The notes under the pieces are model-generated. The model was not told where the DNA came from and ran no database searches. It worked only from the letters and a program-made list of their open reading frames with translations. Below are positions 37,301 to 50,241 of a DNA stretch of 64,000 bases, in pieces; the stretch's first letter is position 1, and each line of letters begins with the position of its first letter. Location of the stretch: NCBI GenBank assembly GCA_030390025.1, contig CM059432.1, forward strand, positions 119,228,001 to 119,292,000. Direction: 5' to 3'. This DNA comes from Squalus acanthias (Eukaryota). The position numbers and the translations under genes were made by a program.

Positions 37301-40300
37301 TGATTGCGGGGGTTCGGGGGAGATGGCGGTCACTGATTGCGGGGGTTCAGGGGAGATGGGGATCACTGATTGCGGTGGCTCAGGGAGATGGGGATCACTG
37401 ATTGCGATGGTTCGGGGGAGATGGATATCACTGATTGCGGGGGTTCGGGTGGAAGGGGGATCACTTATTTCGGGTGTTCGGGGGAGATGTGGATCACTGA
37501 TTGCGGGGTTTCGGGGGAGATGGCGATCACTGATTGCGGGGGTTCGGGGGAGATGGGGATCACTGATTGCGGGGGTTCGGGGGAGATGGCGATCACTGAT
37601 TGCGGGGGTACGGGGGAGATGGGGATCACTGATTGCGGGGGTTCGGGGAGATGGGGATCACTGATTGCGGGTGTTTGGGGGAGATGGGGATCACTGATTT
37701 CGGGGGTTCGGGGGAGATGGGGATCACTGATTGCGGGTGTTCGGGGGACATGGGGGGATCACTGATTGCGGGGCTTCGGGGGAGATGGGGATCACTGATT
37801 GTGGGGCTTCGGGGGAGATGGGGATAACTGATTGTGGGGGTTCGGGGGAGATGGGGGTCACTGATTGTGGGGGTTCGGGGGTGATGGGGATCACTGATTG
37901 CGGGGGTTCGGGGGAGATGGGGATCACTGATTGCGGGGGTTCGGGGAAGATGGGGATCACTGATTGTGGGGGTTCGGGGGAGACGGGGATCAATGATTGC
38001 GGGGGTTCGGGGGAGATGGGGATCACTGATTGCTTTGGTTCGGGGAAGATGGGGTCACTGATTGTGGGGGTTCGGGGGAGATGGGGATCACTGATTGCGG
38101 TGGTTCGGGGGAGATGGGGATCACTGATTGAGGGGGTTCGGGGGAGATGGGGATCACTGATTGCGGTGGTTCGGGGGAGATGGGGATCACTGATTGTGGG
38201 TGTTCGGGGGAGATGGGGATCACTGATTGCGATGGTTCGGGGGAGATGGGGATCACTGATTGCGGGGGTTCGGGAGAGATGAGGATCACTGATTGCGGGG
38301 GTTCGGGGGAGATGGGGATCACTGATTGCGATGGTTCAGGGGAGATGGGGATCACTGATTGCGATGGTTCGGGGGAGATGGGGATCACTGATTGCGGTGT
38401 TTTGGGGAGATGGGGATCACTGATTGCGGTGGTTCGGGGGATATGAGGGTCACTGATTGCGGTGTTTGGGGAGATGGGGATCACTGATTGTGGGGGTTCG
38501 GGGGAGATGACGGGTCACTGATTGCGGTGGTTCGGGGGAGATGGGGATCACTGATTGCAGTGGTTCGGGGAGATGGGGATCACTGATTGAGGGGGTTCGG
38601 GGGAGATGGGGATCACTGATTGCGGTGGTTCGGGGGAGATGGGGATCACTGATTGCGATGGTTCGGGGGAGATGGGGATCACTGATTGCGGGGGTTCGGG
38701 GGAGATGGGGATCACTGATTGCGGGGGTTCGGGGGAGATGGGGATCACTGATTGCTGGGGTTCGGGGGAGATGGGGATCACTGATTACGGGGGTTCGAGG
38801 AAGATGGGGTCACTGATTGCGGGTGTTCGGGGGAGATGAGGATCACTGATTGCAGGGGTTCGGGGGAGATGGGGATCACTGATTGCGGGGGTTCAGGGGA
38901 GATGGGGGATCACTGATTGCGATGGTTCGGGGAGATGGGGATCACTGATTGTGGTGTTTTGGGGAGATGGGGATCACTTATAGCGGAGGTTCGGGGGATA
39001 TGGGGGTCACTGATTGCGGTGGTTTGGGGAAGATGGGGATCACTGATTGCGGGGGTTTGGGGAAGATGGGGATCACTGATTGCGGGGGTTCGGGGAGATG
39101 GGTATCACTGATTGCTTGGTTCGGGGAGATGGGGTCACTGATTGCGGGGGTTCGGGGAGATGGGGATCACTGATTGCGGTGGTTCAGGGGAGATGGGGAT
39201 CACTGATTGCGGGGGTTCGGGGGAGATGGGGATCACTGATTGCGGTGGTTTGGGGGAGATGGGGATCACTGATTGCGGTGGTTCAGGGGAGATGGGGATC
39301 ACTGATTGTGGGGGTTCAGGGGAGATGGGGATCACTGATTGCGGTGGTTTGGGGGAGATGGGGATCACTGATTGCGGTGGTTCGGGTAAGATGGGGTCAC
39401 TGATTGCGGGGTTTCGGGGGAGATGAGGATCACTGATAGCAGGGGTTCGGGGGAGATGGGGATCACTGATTGCGGGGGTGCAGGGGAGATGGGGGATCAC
39501 TGATTGCAATGGTTCGGGGGAGATGGGGATCACTGATTGCAGTGTTTTGGGGGAGATGGGGATCACTGATTGCGGGGGTTCAGGGAGATGGGGGATCACT
39601 GATTGCGATGGTTCGGGGGAGATGGGGATCACTGATTGCGATGGTTCGGGGGAGATGGGGATCACTGATTGCGGGGGTTCGGGGGAGATGAGGATCACTG
39701 ATAGCAGGGGTTCGGGGGAGATGGGGATCACTGATTGTGGGGGTTCAGGTGAGATGGGGGGTCACTGATTGCGGTGGTTCGGGGGAGATGGGGATCACTG
39801 ATTGCGGTGGTTCGGGGGAGATGGGGATCACTGATTGAGCGGGTTCGGGGGAGATGGGGGATCACTGATTGCGGTGGTTCGGGGTAGATGGTGATCACTG
39901 ATCGCGGGGGTTCGGGGAGATGGGGTAACTGATTGCGGGGGTTCGGGGGAGATGGGGATCACTGATTGCGATGGTTCGGGGGAGATGGGGATCACTGATA
40001 GCGGGGGTTCGGAGGAGATGGCGGTCACTGATTGCGGGGGTTCGGGGAAGATGGGGATCACTGATTGCGGTGGTTCGGGGGAGATGGTGATCACTGATCG
40101 CGGGGTTCGGGGAAGATGGGGTCACTGATTGCGGGGTTCGGGGGAGATGGTGATCACTGATTGCGATGGTTCGGGGGAGATGGGGATCACTGATTGCGGG
40201 GGTTCGGGGGAGATGGTGGTCAATGATTGCGGGGGTTCAGGGGAGATGGGGATCACTGATTGCGGTGGCTCAGGGAGATGGGGATCACTGATTGCGATGG

Positions 40301-43160
40301 TTCGGGGAGATGGGTATCACTGATTGCGGGGGTTCGGGTGGAGAGGGGGATCACTTATTTCGGAGGTTCGGGGGAGATGTGGATCACTGATTGCGGGGTT
40401 TCGGGGGAGATGGCGATCACTGATTGCGGGGGTTCGGGGGAGATGGGGATCACTGATTGCGGGGGTTCGGGGGAGATGGCGATCACTGATTGCGGGGGTT
40501 CGGGGGAGATGGGGATCACTGATTGCGGGGGTTCGGGGGAGATGGGGATCACTGATTGTGGGTGTTTGGGGGAGATGGGGATCACTGATTGCGGGGGTTC
40601 GGGGGAGATGGGGATCACTGATTGCGGGTGTTCGGGGGACATGGGGGGATCACTGATTGCGGGGGTTCGGGGGAGATGGGGATCACTGATTGCGGGGGTT
40701 CGGGGGAGATGGGGATCACTGATTGCGGGGGTTCAGGGGACATGGGGGGATCACTGATTGCGGGTGTTCGGGGGAGATGGGGATCACTGATTGTGGGGGT
40801 TCGGGGGAGATGGGGATCACTGATTGTGGGGGTTCGGGGGAGATGGGGGTCACTGATTGTGGGGGTTCGTGGGTGATGGGGATCACTGATTGCGGGGGTT
40901 CGGGGGAGATGGGGATCACTGATTGCGGGGGTTCGGGGAAGATGGGGATCACTGATTGTGGGGGTTCGGGGGAGACGGGGATCAATGATTGCGGGGGTTC
41001 GGGGGAGATGGGGATCACTGATTGCTTTGGTTCGGGGAAGATGGGGTCACTGATTGTGGGGGTTCGGGGTAGATGAGGATCACTGATTGTGGGGGTTTGG
41101 GGGAGATAGGGATCACTGATTGCGGGGGTTCAGGGGAGATGGGGATCACTGATTGCGGTGGTTCGGGGGAGATGGGGATCACTGATTGAGGGGGTTCGGG
41201 GGAGATGGGGATCACTGATTGCGGTGGTTCGGGGGAGATGGGGATCACTGATTATGGGTGTCCGGGGAAGATGGGGATCACTGATTGCGATGGTTCGGGG
41301 GAGATGGGGATCACTGATTGCGGTGTTTTGGGGAGATGGGGATCACTGATAGCGGGGGTTCGGGGGAGATGGGGATCACTGATTGCGGTGGTTCGGGGGA
41401 GATCGGGATCACTGAGTGAGGGGGTTCGGGGGAGATGGGGATCACTGATTGCGGTGGTTCGGGGGAGATGGTGATCACTGATTGCGGGGGTTCGGGGAAG
41501 ATGGGGTCACTGATTGCGGGGGTTCGGGGGAGATGGTGATCACTGATTGCGATGGTTCAGGAAAGATGGGGATCACTGATTGCGATTGTTCGGGGGAGAT
41601 GGCGATCACTGATTGCGGGGGTTCGTGGGAGATGGGGATCACTGATTGCGATGGTTCGGGGGAGATGGGGGATTACTGATTGCGGTGGCTCGGGGAGATG
41701 GGGATCACTGATTGCGATGGTTCGGGGGAGCTGGGGATCACTGATTGCGGGGGTTCGGGGGAGATGGGGATCACTGATTGCGATGGTTCGGGGGAGCTGG
41801 GGATCACTGATTGCGGGGGTTCGGGGGAGATGGGGATCACTGATTGCGGGTGTTCGGGGGAGATGGGGATCACTGATTGTGGGGGTACTGGTGTGATGGG
41901 GATCACTGATTGCGGGGGTTCGGGGGAGATGGGGATCACTGATTGTGGGGGTTAGGGGGAGATGGGGATCACTGATTGTTGGCGTTCGGGGGAGATGGGG
42001 ATCACTGATTGTGGGGGTTCGGGGGAGATGGGGGTCACTGATTGCGGGGGTTCATGTCTGATGGAGATCACTGATTGCGGGGGTTCGGGGGAGATGGGGA
42101 TCACTGATTGCGGGGGTTCGTGGGAGATGGGGATCATTGATTGCGGGGGTTCGGGGGAGATGGGGATCACTGATTGCGGGGGTTCGGGGGATATGGGGAT
42201 CACTGATTGCGGGGGTTCGGGGGAGATGGGGATCACTGATTGCGGGGGTTCGGGGGTATGGTGGGATCACTGATTGTGGGCGTTCGGGGGAGATGGGTTC
42301 ACTGATTGTGGGGGTTCGGGTAGATGGGGGTCACTGATTGCGTGGGTTCGGGGCTGATGGGGATCACTGATTGCGGGGGTTCGGGGGAGATGGGGGGATC
42401 ACTGATTGCGCTGGTTCGGGGGAGATGGGGATCACTGATTGCGGGGGTTCGGGGGGATGGGGGGGTCACTGATTGCGGGGGTTCGGGGAGATGGGGATCA
42501 CTGATTGCGGGGGTTCGGGGGGATGGGGGGTCACTGATTGCGGGGGTTCTGGGGAGATGGGGATCACTGATTGTGGGGGTTCGGGGGAGATGGGGTTCAC
42601 TGATTGCGGGGAGTTCGGGGGAGATGGGGATCACTGATTGCGGTGGTTCGGGGGAGATGGGGGTCACTGATTGCGGGGGTTCGGGGGAGATGGGGATCAC
42701 TGATTGCGGGGGTTCGGGGGAGATGGGGAGTCACTGATTGCGTGGTTTCGGGGGAGATGGGGATCACTGATTGTGGGGGTTCGGGGGAGATGGGGATCAC
42801 TGATTGCGGGAGTTCGGAGGAGATGGGGATCACTGATTGCGGGGGTTCGGGGAGATGGGGATCACTGATTGCGGGGGTTCGGGGGAGATGGGGATCACTG
42901 ATTGTGGGGGTTCGGGGGAGATGGGGTTCACTGATTGCGGGAGTTCGGAGGAGATGGGGATCACTGATTGCGGGGGTTCGGGGGAGATGGGGTTCACTGA
43001 TTGCGGGGGTTCGGAGGAGATGGGGTTCACTGATTGCGGGAGTTCGGAGGAGATGGGGATCACTGATTGCAGGGGTTCGGGGGAGATGGGGATCACTGAT
43101 TGCAGGGGTTCGGGGGAGATGGGGGTGTCACTGATTGCGGGGATTCGGGGGAGATGGGGG
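28376..43160. repeat. G-rich 33-bp tandem array (~14.8 kb, roughly 450 units)
   Basis: Consensus GGGGGAGATGGGGATCACTGATTGCGGGGGTTC, with frequent 32/34-bp variants from G-run slippage and recurrent variant blocks. Confidence 0.99.
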
Positions 43161-43624
43161 GGTCGGTGGTCGCGGGGGTGTCGAGAGTGATGGTGGGGTC
43201 TATTTTCACGGAGGCGGGGATTGGTCATGGAGGTGTGGGAGGACAGCATTTAGGGTTAGCTTGTAGGCCTTGAGGAAACACTCCCGCTCCTGCTAGCGCA
43301 CATGCCGTGCTGTAAAGGCACTTACCTCATGGATCTAGCCCTTATCGCCTCCTTTTACCTGCCGGGTTTCCTGAGGTCAGGGAATCTCGCCGACAGTAGT
43401 TAAAAATAGAAACTTTGTTAAAATGGTGGCACGCAGCCTGCATCAATGGTTTCAATGACTGAGCCGCCTCCTGGGAGCGGGTTGGTCCCCCGCCCCCATG
43501 CCACCTCCGTTAAAACCAAAAGTGGGCGGGTTTTTGTTGTGTTGGTGTCGTGTTGGAAATTTTTAGCATTTTAACTTCTTACCCGACCCAAACCCATCTG
43601 TTTTTGTGGGTTAAGATTACTCCC
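43161..43624. mobile_element. Terminal arm of the MITE that hosts the satellite
   Basis: GGAAACACTCCCGCTCCTG...GTGCTGTAAAGGCACTTACCT...GGATCT and end GGGTTAAGATTACTCCC are rc-homologous to 16317-16700. Confidence 0.7.
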
Positions 43625-44748
43625 TATGATTCTATTTATCCAATTCCCTTTTGAAAGTTACTATTGAATCTAAAGCAGCCACAAACTGAAATTAGGAACC
43701 CGTTAAGTCCCTGAATCGTACTGGGATATCTACTCATCAAATTGCTGCAGATTAAGAAAAGCTAGCTTCACAGGCCAGGAACTGCAGTCCCTTCTGCAGG
43801 GACTCAGGTAGAAAAGGCACACAATTGTAAATTCTGATGCCCTCCTCCAAAAGTGCCTGCATGGAAAGAGGCAGCTTACAGCATGCACCACAAATCAGCT
43901 ACCACAATCTTGGATGTGGCTGACTCGTATACAGATCATTCACAAACCAAAGACAGGCAGAACCAGGGAGTCCAGAATCCTGAAGTCAGCCAGTATACTT
44001 ATTCTGTCCATCCTAAATCAGTTAGGAGGAGTGATAGGTTTGGTGTCACGTTTTTTGAAATGAAGCACAAGAACTTAGGGGGCAGCACCTTAATAAAACA
44101 CACCAGGGCAGAAATTCAACTGCCATCCATTTTGCTCCTGAAAAAAAAAGGTGCGGTGAGTAGTTGAAAAATCGAGGTGGACTGGACATCTCGTCTGCCC
44201 TTTTGATGCCCACGGCCTACTTGATGCAATATTCAGACGGGCATGTAAATGACTGAGCAGCCAATCCACCTGAAACAGGGGTAAGGCTGCTTATAAATGC
44301 AAATTGGGGTCCGACTGTGGATGCAGGATCCTGATTGCAAAGTTCAGGTACAAATGAGCAGAGCATGCACCACACGCATGTTCCGCCTCATTGTACCAAG
44401 CGCTGAGTGGCCTAACCGTAGATCCCTAAAGGGATCGCCGGACAATGCTCAAGGAACATCACTGGAAATGCCCCACTTTTTATTCTTGTGGTCTCAAGAG
44501 ATGCAGGGAAAGTTAGCCAATCAGTTTTGAGATCAGAAATGGAAGAACAGGACGGAAAACAAGATGGCATCTGTTGTTTTGAAGGAAATACATCCTTTCT
44601 GGGGGTCTTGCTCACAATAACACTTGCCATGCCATAATTAATTATCAATGACAGTATTCCTGAGAAACAGACTGTAAAGATCTCAAACAACAACAGAAAA
44701 CGCTGGAAAAACTCAGCAGGCCAGGCAACATCCGTGGAGAGAGAAACA

Positions 44749-44786
44749 GAGTTAACGTTTCAGGTCGAAACCCTTCGTCAGAACTG
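44749..44786 (-). ncRNA. Minimal type I hammerhead ribozyme (Penelope pLTR)
   Basis: rc: CAGTT-CTGACGA-AGGGTTTCGACCT-GAAA-CGTTAACT; conserved CUGANGA/GAAA core with palindromic AACGTT helix III. Confidence 0.8.
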
Positions 44787-45370
44787 AGAAAAAAGCAGGA
44801 AATGAAACATAAAAAAGCAAGGGGGAGGCTGGGGGGAGGAATAAAAGAACAAAAGGGGTGGTCTATGGTAAGTAGAGACATTAAGAGTTGCTCAAGGCAA
44901 GACGAGATGGTAATGGGACAGGTTAAGAAACAAAAGGTGGCTGGCAGAATGAGAGACAGCTGCCGTAGGGGGAGAGAGAGAAAAAAAAAGGGAAAAGGCA
45001 CAAACCAAAAGGGTGGATAAAATGTATATATATGTGGTAGGGGCCTGAGGTTATGATCTGAAATTGTTGAACTCGATATTGACTCCGGAAGGCTGTAAAG
45101 TGCCTAATCGGAAGATGAGGTGCTTTTCCTCGAGCTTACGCTGAGCTTTCGTGGAACAATGCACGAGGCCGAGGACGGTGAGGTCTGAGTGGGTGTGGAG
45201 AGGTGAATTAAAATGACAAGCGACCGGAAGCTCGGGGTCACCCTTACGGACTGAACGGAGGTGTTCCGCAAAGTGGTCACCCAATCTGCGTTTGGTCTCC
45301 CCAATGTAGAGGAGACCACATCGCGAGCAGCGAATACAGTATACTAGATTGCAAGAAGTACAAGTAAATC

Positions 45371-47680
45371 TTCCTTTCCGATGTCAAGGATCGCAAGCTT
45401 CAACAACTCTTGGACACTAACGCCCCTCTGGAACTTTCTTCCCCTTCACTTTCCTCTGACCCCCCTTCTCCCAATCTCACCCCCTGCCACGTCTTCACTA
45501 TCCCCTCTGACCTTCCCCTCTCTGACCTCGAACGATCAGTCCTCAGCAAAGGCCTGAGCTTCATCCCCTTACGCCCCCACCTCAATGAATTTCGAGCTCG
45601 GCACGATGCTGAGCTCTTTTTCGGCCGCCTTCGTCTCCGTGCCCACTTCTTTGGCCAGGAGTTTTCCCCCCGCACGGCTGACCCTTTCTCCCGCTTTCAG
45701 AATTCTCGTTCCACCTGGACCCCTCCCTCTGGCCTCTTACCCTCTCTAGATCTTTTCATTGCTAACTGCCGCCGTGACATCGGCCATCTCAATTTCTCTG
45801 CTCCCCTCACTCACTCCAACCTACCTCCCTCTGAACTTGCAGCACTCCATTCTCTCCGATCCAACCCCGACATTTTCATTAAACCTGCTGTCAAGGGTGG
45901 TGCTGTTGTTTGGTGAACCGACCTCTACCTAGCGGAAGTTGAACGCCAACTCTCCAACACCTCCTCCTACCTCCACCTGGACCATGACCCCACTACCGAA
46001 CATCAAGCCACCGTTTCCAAGGCTGTCACTGACCTCATCTCCTCTGGAGATCTTCCCCCCACGGCCGCCAACCTCATAGTTCCCCAACCCCGCACAGCCC
46101 ACTTCTACCTCCTTCCCAAGATCCACAAACAGGACTGCCCTGGTAGACCCATCGTTTCAGCCTGCTCTTGCCCCACGGAACTTATCTCTTCCTATCTCGA
46201 CTCTATTTTTTCTCCCCTTGTCCAGTCTCTTCCCACCTACATCCGCGATTCCTCTGACGCCCTCTGCCACTTTAACAGTTTCCAGTTTCCTGGCCCCAAC
46301 CACCTCCTTTTCACCATGGACGTACAATCCCTCTACACCTCCATCCCCCACCAGGATGGTATGAGGGTGCTCCGCTTCTTCCTTGAACAGAGGCCCAACC
46401 AGTCCCCATCCACCGCCACCCTCCTCCGCCTGGCTGAACTTGTTCTCACATTGAACAACACCTCCTTTGACTCCACTCATTTCCTCCAAATCAAAGGTGT
46501 TGCTATGGGTACCCGCATGGGTCCTAGCTATGCCTGCCTTTTCGTGGGATATGTGGAACACTCTTTGTTCCAGTCCTACTCGGGTCCCCTCCCTCACCTC
46601 TTCTTCCGGTACATTGATGCCTGTATTGGTGCCGTTTCCTGCTCTCGCCCTGAACTAGACAATTTCATTCACTTTGCCTCCAATTTCCACCCTTCCCTCA
46701 CCTTCACATGGTCCATCTCCGACTCTTCCCTTCTCTTCCTCGACTTCTCCGTCTCCATCTCTGGGGATAGGTTATTGACCAACATTCACTACAAGCCCAC
46801 TGACTCCCACAGCTACCTGGACTACACTTCCTCCCACCCCGCCTCCTGTAAGGACTTTATTCCCTTCTCCCAGTTTCTCCGTCTCTGCCGCATCTGCTCC
46901 GACGATGCCACCTTCCATACCAGTGCTTCCGACATGTCTTCCTTTTTCCTCAACCGAGGATTCCCCTCTACCGTGGTCGACATGGCCCTCGACCATGTCC
47001 GTTCTATCTCCCGCACTTCTGCCCTCACCCCGGCCCCTCCTTCCCTGAACCACAATAGAGTTCCCCTTGTCCTCACCTTTCACCCCACCAGCCTCCACAT
47101 TCAACGGATCATCCTCCGCCATTTCCGCCACCTCCAACATAATCCCACCACCAAATGTATCTTCCCCTCACCTCCCCTTTCAGCATTCCGTAGGGACTGC
47201 TCCCTCCGAGACACCCTAGTCCACTCCTCTATCACCCCCAGCACCCCTTCCCCCTTGCCCGGCACCTTCCCGTGCAAGCGCAGGAGATGCAACACCTTCC
47301 CTTATACATCCCCCCTTCACACTCTCCAGGGCCCCAAACACCCCTTCCAGGTGAAACAGCGATTTACTTGTACTTCTTGCAATCTAGTATACTGTATTCG
47401 CTGCTCGCGATGTGGTCTCCTCTACACTGGGGAGACCAAACGCAGATTGGGTGACCGCTTTGCGGAACACCTCCGTTCAGTCCGTAAGGGTGACCCCGAG
47501 CTTCCGGTCGCTTGTCATTTTAATTCACCTCTCCGCTCCCACTCAGACCTCACCATCCTCGGCCTCGTGCATTGTTCCATGGAAGCTCAGCGTAAGCTCG
47601 AGGAACAGCACCTCATCTTCCGATTAGGCACTTTACAGCCTTCTGGACTCAATATCGAGTTCAACAATTTCAGATCATAA
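45371..47680 (+). pseudogene. Penelope RT + GIY-YIG endonuclease, 5'-truncated
   Basis: Single frame: VLSKGLSFIP, IKPA.KGGAVV, FYLLPKIHK, MDVQSLYTSIP, GVAMGTRMGPSYA, RYIDA (YIDD mutated), VYCIRC..CGLLYTGETKRRLGDRFAEH, LQPSGLN. One in-frame TGA at 45914-45916. Confidence 0.93.
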
Positions 47681-47942
47681 CCTCGGCTCCTACCATATAT
47701 ATATACATTTTATCCACCCTTTTGGTTTGTGCCTTTTCCCTTTTTTTTCTCTCTCTCCCCCTACGGCAGCTGTCTCTCATTCTGCCAGCCACCTTTTGTT
47801 TCTTAACCTGTCCCAATACCATCTCGTCTTGCCTTGAGCATCTCTTAATGTCTCTACTTACCATAGACCACCCCTTTTGTTCTTTTTTCCTCCCCCAGCC
47901 TCCCCCTTGCTTTTTTATCTGTTTCATTTCTGCTTTTTTTCT

Positions 47943-47980
47943 CAGTTCTGACGAAGGGTTTCGACCTGAAACATTAACTC
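47943..47980 (+). ncRNA. Minimal hammerhead ribozyme (Penelope 3' pLTR), helix III variant
   Basis: CAGTT-CTGACGA-AGGGTTTCGACCT-GAAA-CATTAACT. Confidence 0.75.
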
Positions 47981-50241
47981 TGTTTCTCTCTCCACGGATG
48001 TTGCCTGGCCTGCTGAGTTTTTCCAGCGTTTTCTGTTGTTGTTTCATTTTCCAGCATCCGCAGTATTTTGCTATTGTAAAGATCTCAAGCTTTTCTTAAA
48101 AAGTTGTGGAGTCAGGATTGGAAAAGAACAATGACAATGTTGCGTCTCTACCCGGGGAAAGACACACGGTAGTATTGTTTATTTCACTGTATGTCTACTG
48201 CTTAAATATATTGTGTGTACCTGAACTTGGTCGAATACAAATAAACAGAGAATGTTGCAAACCATATTTGGTGTCAGAATCGAACTATTGCAACATCAAA
48301 GTTCCTTAAAGGTGCAGCTTCTGCATTTAGCTAATTATATCTTGTGTTATTGCCCAGTCCGTTGTCTATCATTCTGCGCTAATGTTTCTCGAGCGATTTC
48401 CTCATTGTGACTGCTTCCCTCTGGTGGTAGTTTGCCATCTGGATTCTTCTTTTCTTCCTCCATGGTTTGACTTCTTTACAGATCAAAGTTCTGGAGCACG
48501 CAACAGACAACCAGAACCTTGGAGACCATGAGGCCTGTATTGTAATGAGCCTCCTGATCCATCCAGATATCAAAAGCACATCTCTTCAGCCCATCCCTGT
48601 ACATGCTTCTGTGTGTCTTCCTTGGCCAAATCTTGTGCCAGGAGAGCACTTAATGCAAAGCCCATTGTGTATACGGAACATCCTTCCATCAAAATCCAAT
48701 GGGCCATTGTGAACACCTGAGTAACAATCTGTCAAAACCAGATTATTACTCAGCAGTCCCCACTTCAAATGATGTCAGAAAGAATTCACCGCATGGAAGA
48801 TGTGCAAACCCAGCAATACTGTTAGTTCCTCATTAACCAGTAATTATGGCAGTATTAATTGGTCTTCTGCTCGCATTTAGCACAAAGAATCTGTATCCTG
48901 TTGCTAGCCATATGGAGCACAATAATCAGTCACACTCCAGATTTTGCAGCCACTTCTATCCAAATTACCACTTGCAAAATGTTTTCTGGACTAGGAGGGA
49001 TAAAAAATCCACTTTTCCCCTCTCAGTGCACGCCAGAATTAAAATCTAAGGCAATTAGTGCTGTCATAATTACTAGTTAAGGAGTAACTAACAGTATTGT
49101 GCATCATATATTTGATGCATTCCTTCGAGCAACATATGAATCAGTGGGGATTCCTGAGTAATGTAACAGGGATATAATGTAGCATGGCAACACAGGCATA
49201 CTGTCTGGAAAACCCCACTATATCATGAAATTGGACACCTCCAGCCCATGTTAGTTTGAAGGCACAGTAAATCATGGGCTGAGGTGGAAATGTTATCCTT
49301 TAGTTGCTCATTGATTAGGCTCCAAGGAGAATCTGTCATCGCAAAGAAAAAACAGACAAGCCTTGTATGAGAAGAAATTGAAAATGCGTCACCCTCCTTT
49401 CAAATTACCTACCATTTTGTTGATGATAATGTACCAAGATGAAACTGGCTAAAGAGAAGTGTTCCATGACGGACAAAATCAGTGGCCCAAGTTTCAGAAT
49501 AAAAACAGAGCAGGAGGCTGCCCAACCCTTCACCCATTACCAGGCTGCATGTGACAGAGACATAAGAATATAAGAACATACGAATTAGGTGCAGGAGTAG
49601 GCCATACAGTCTTTCGAGCCATTCAATAAGATCATAACTGATCTTCGACCTCAACTCCACTTTCCCGCCCGATCCCCATATCCCTTGATTCCCCTAGAGT
49701 ACAAAAATCTATCTATCTCAGCCTTGAATATATGTAACGACTGAGCATCCACAGTCCTTTGGGGTAGAGAATTCCAAAGATTCACAACCCTCTGAGTGAA
49801 GAAGCTCCTCCTCAGTTTTAAATGGCCTACCCCTTATCCTGAGACTATGCCCCCTATTTCTAGACTCTCCATCCAGGGGAAACTACCTCTCAGCATCTAT
49901 CCTGTCAATCCCCCTCAGTATCTTATATGTTTCAATGAGATCACCTTTCATTCTTCTAAACTCCAGAGAGTATAGGCCCAATCTACTCAATATCTTCTCA
50001 TAGGACAACCCTCTCATCCCAGGGATCAATCTAGTGAACCTTCGTTGCACCACCTCTAAGGCATGTATGTCCTTCCTCAGATAAGGAGACCAAAACAGTG
50101 CACAGTACTCCAGGTGTGGTCTCACCAAAGCTCTGTACAATTGTAATAAGACTTCCTAACTCTTGTACTCCAACCCTCTTGCAATAAAGGCCAATATGCC
50201 ATTTGCCTTCCTAATTGCTGTACCTGCATGCTTATTCTCTG

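Larger units (their letters stand above)
44687..48074 (+). mobile_element. Penelope-like retroelement with inverted 5' pseudo-LTR
   Basis: 14-bp TSD TGTAAAGATCTCAA (44673-44686, 48075-48088); 44687-45370 is an inverted copy of 47361-~48045; RT + GIY-YIG ORF. Confidence 0.95.

Noticed and set aside
28376..43160. CRISPR array
   Set aside because: Units are head-to-tail with no unique spacers, there are no cas genes, and the context is vertebrate.
28353..43249. Repetitive protein ORFs (GEMGITDCGGS / SPEPPQSVIPI / RGRWGSLIAGV)
   Set aside because: Artefact of a 33-bp unit that is stop-free in several frames; frequent 1-bp indels shift frame, so there is no sign of frame maintenance.
48100..49550. 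Host exons in unique-looking stretches (also 7400-7760, 14900-15540, 20940-21370, 43630-44100, 58190-59100)
   Set aside because: Short ORFs with no recognisable domain and no consistent splice-site chain; cannot be excluded without RNA data.
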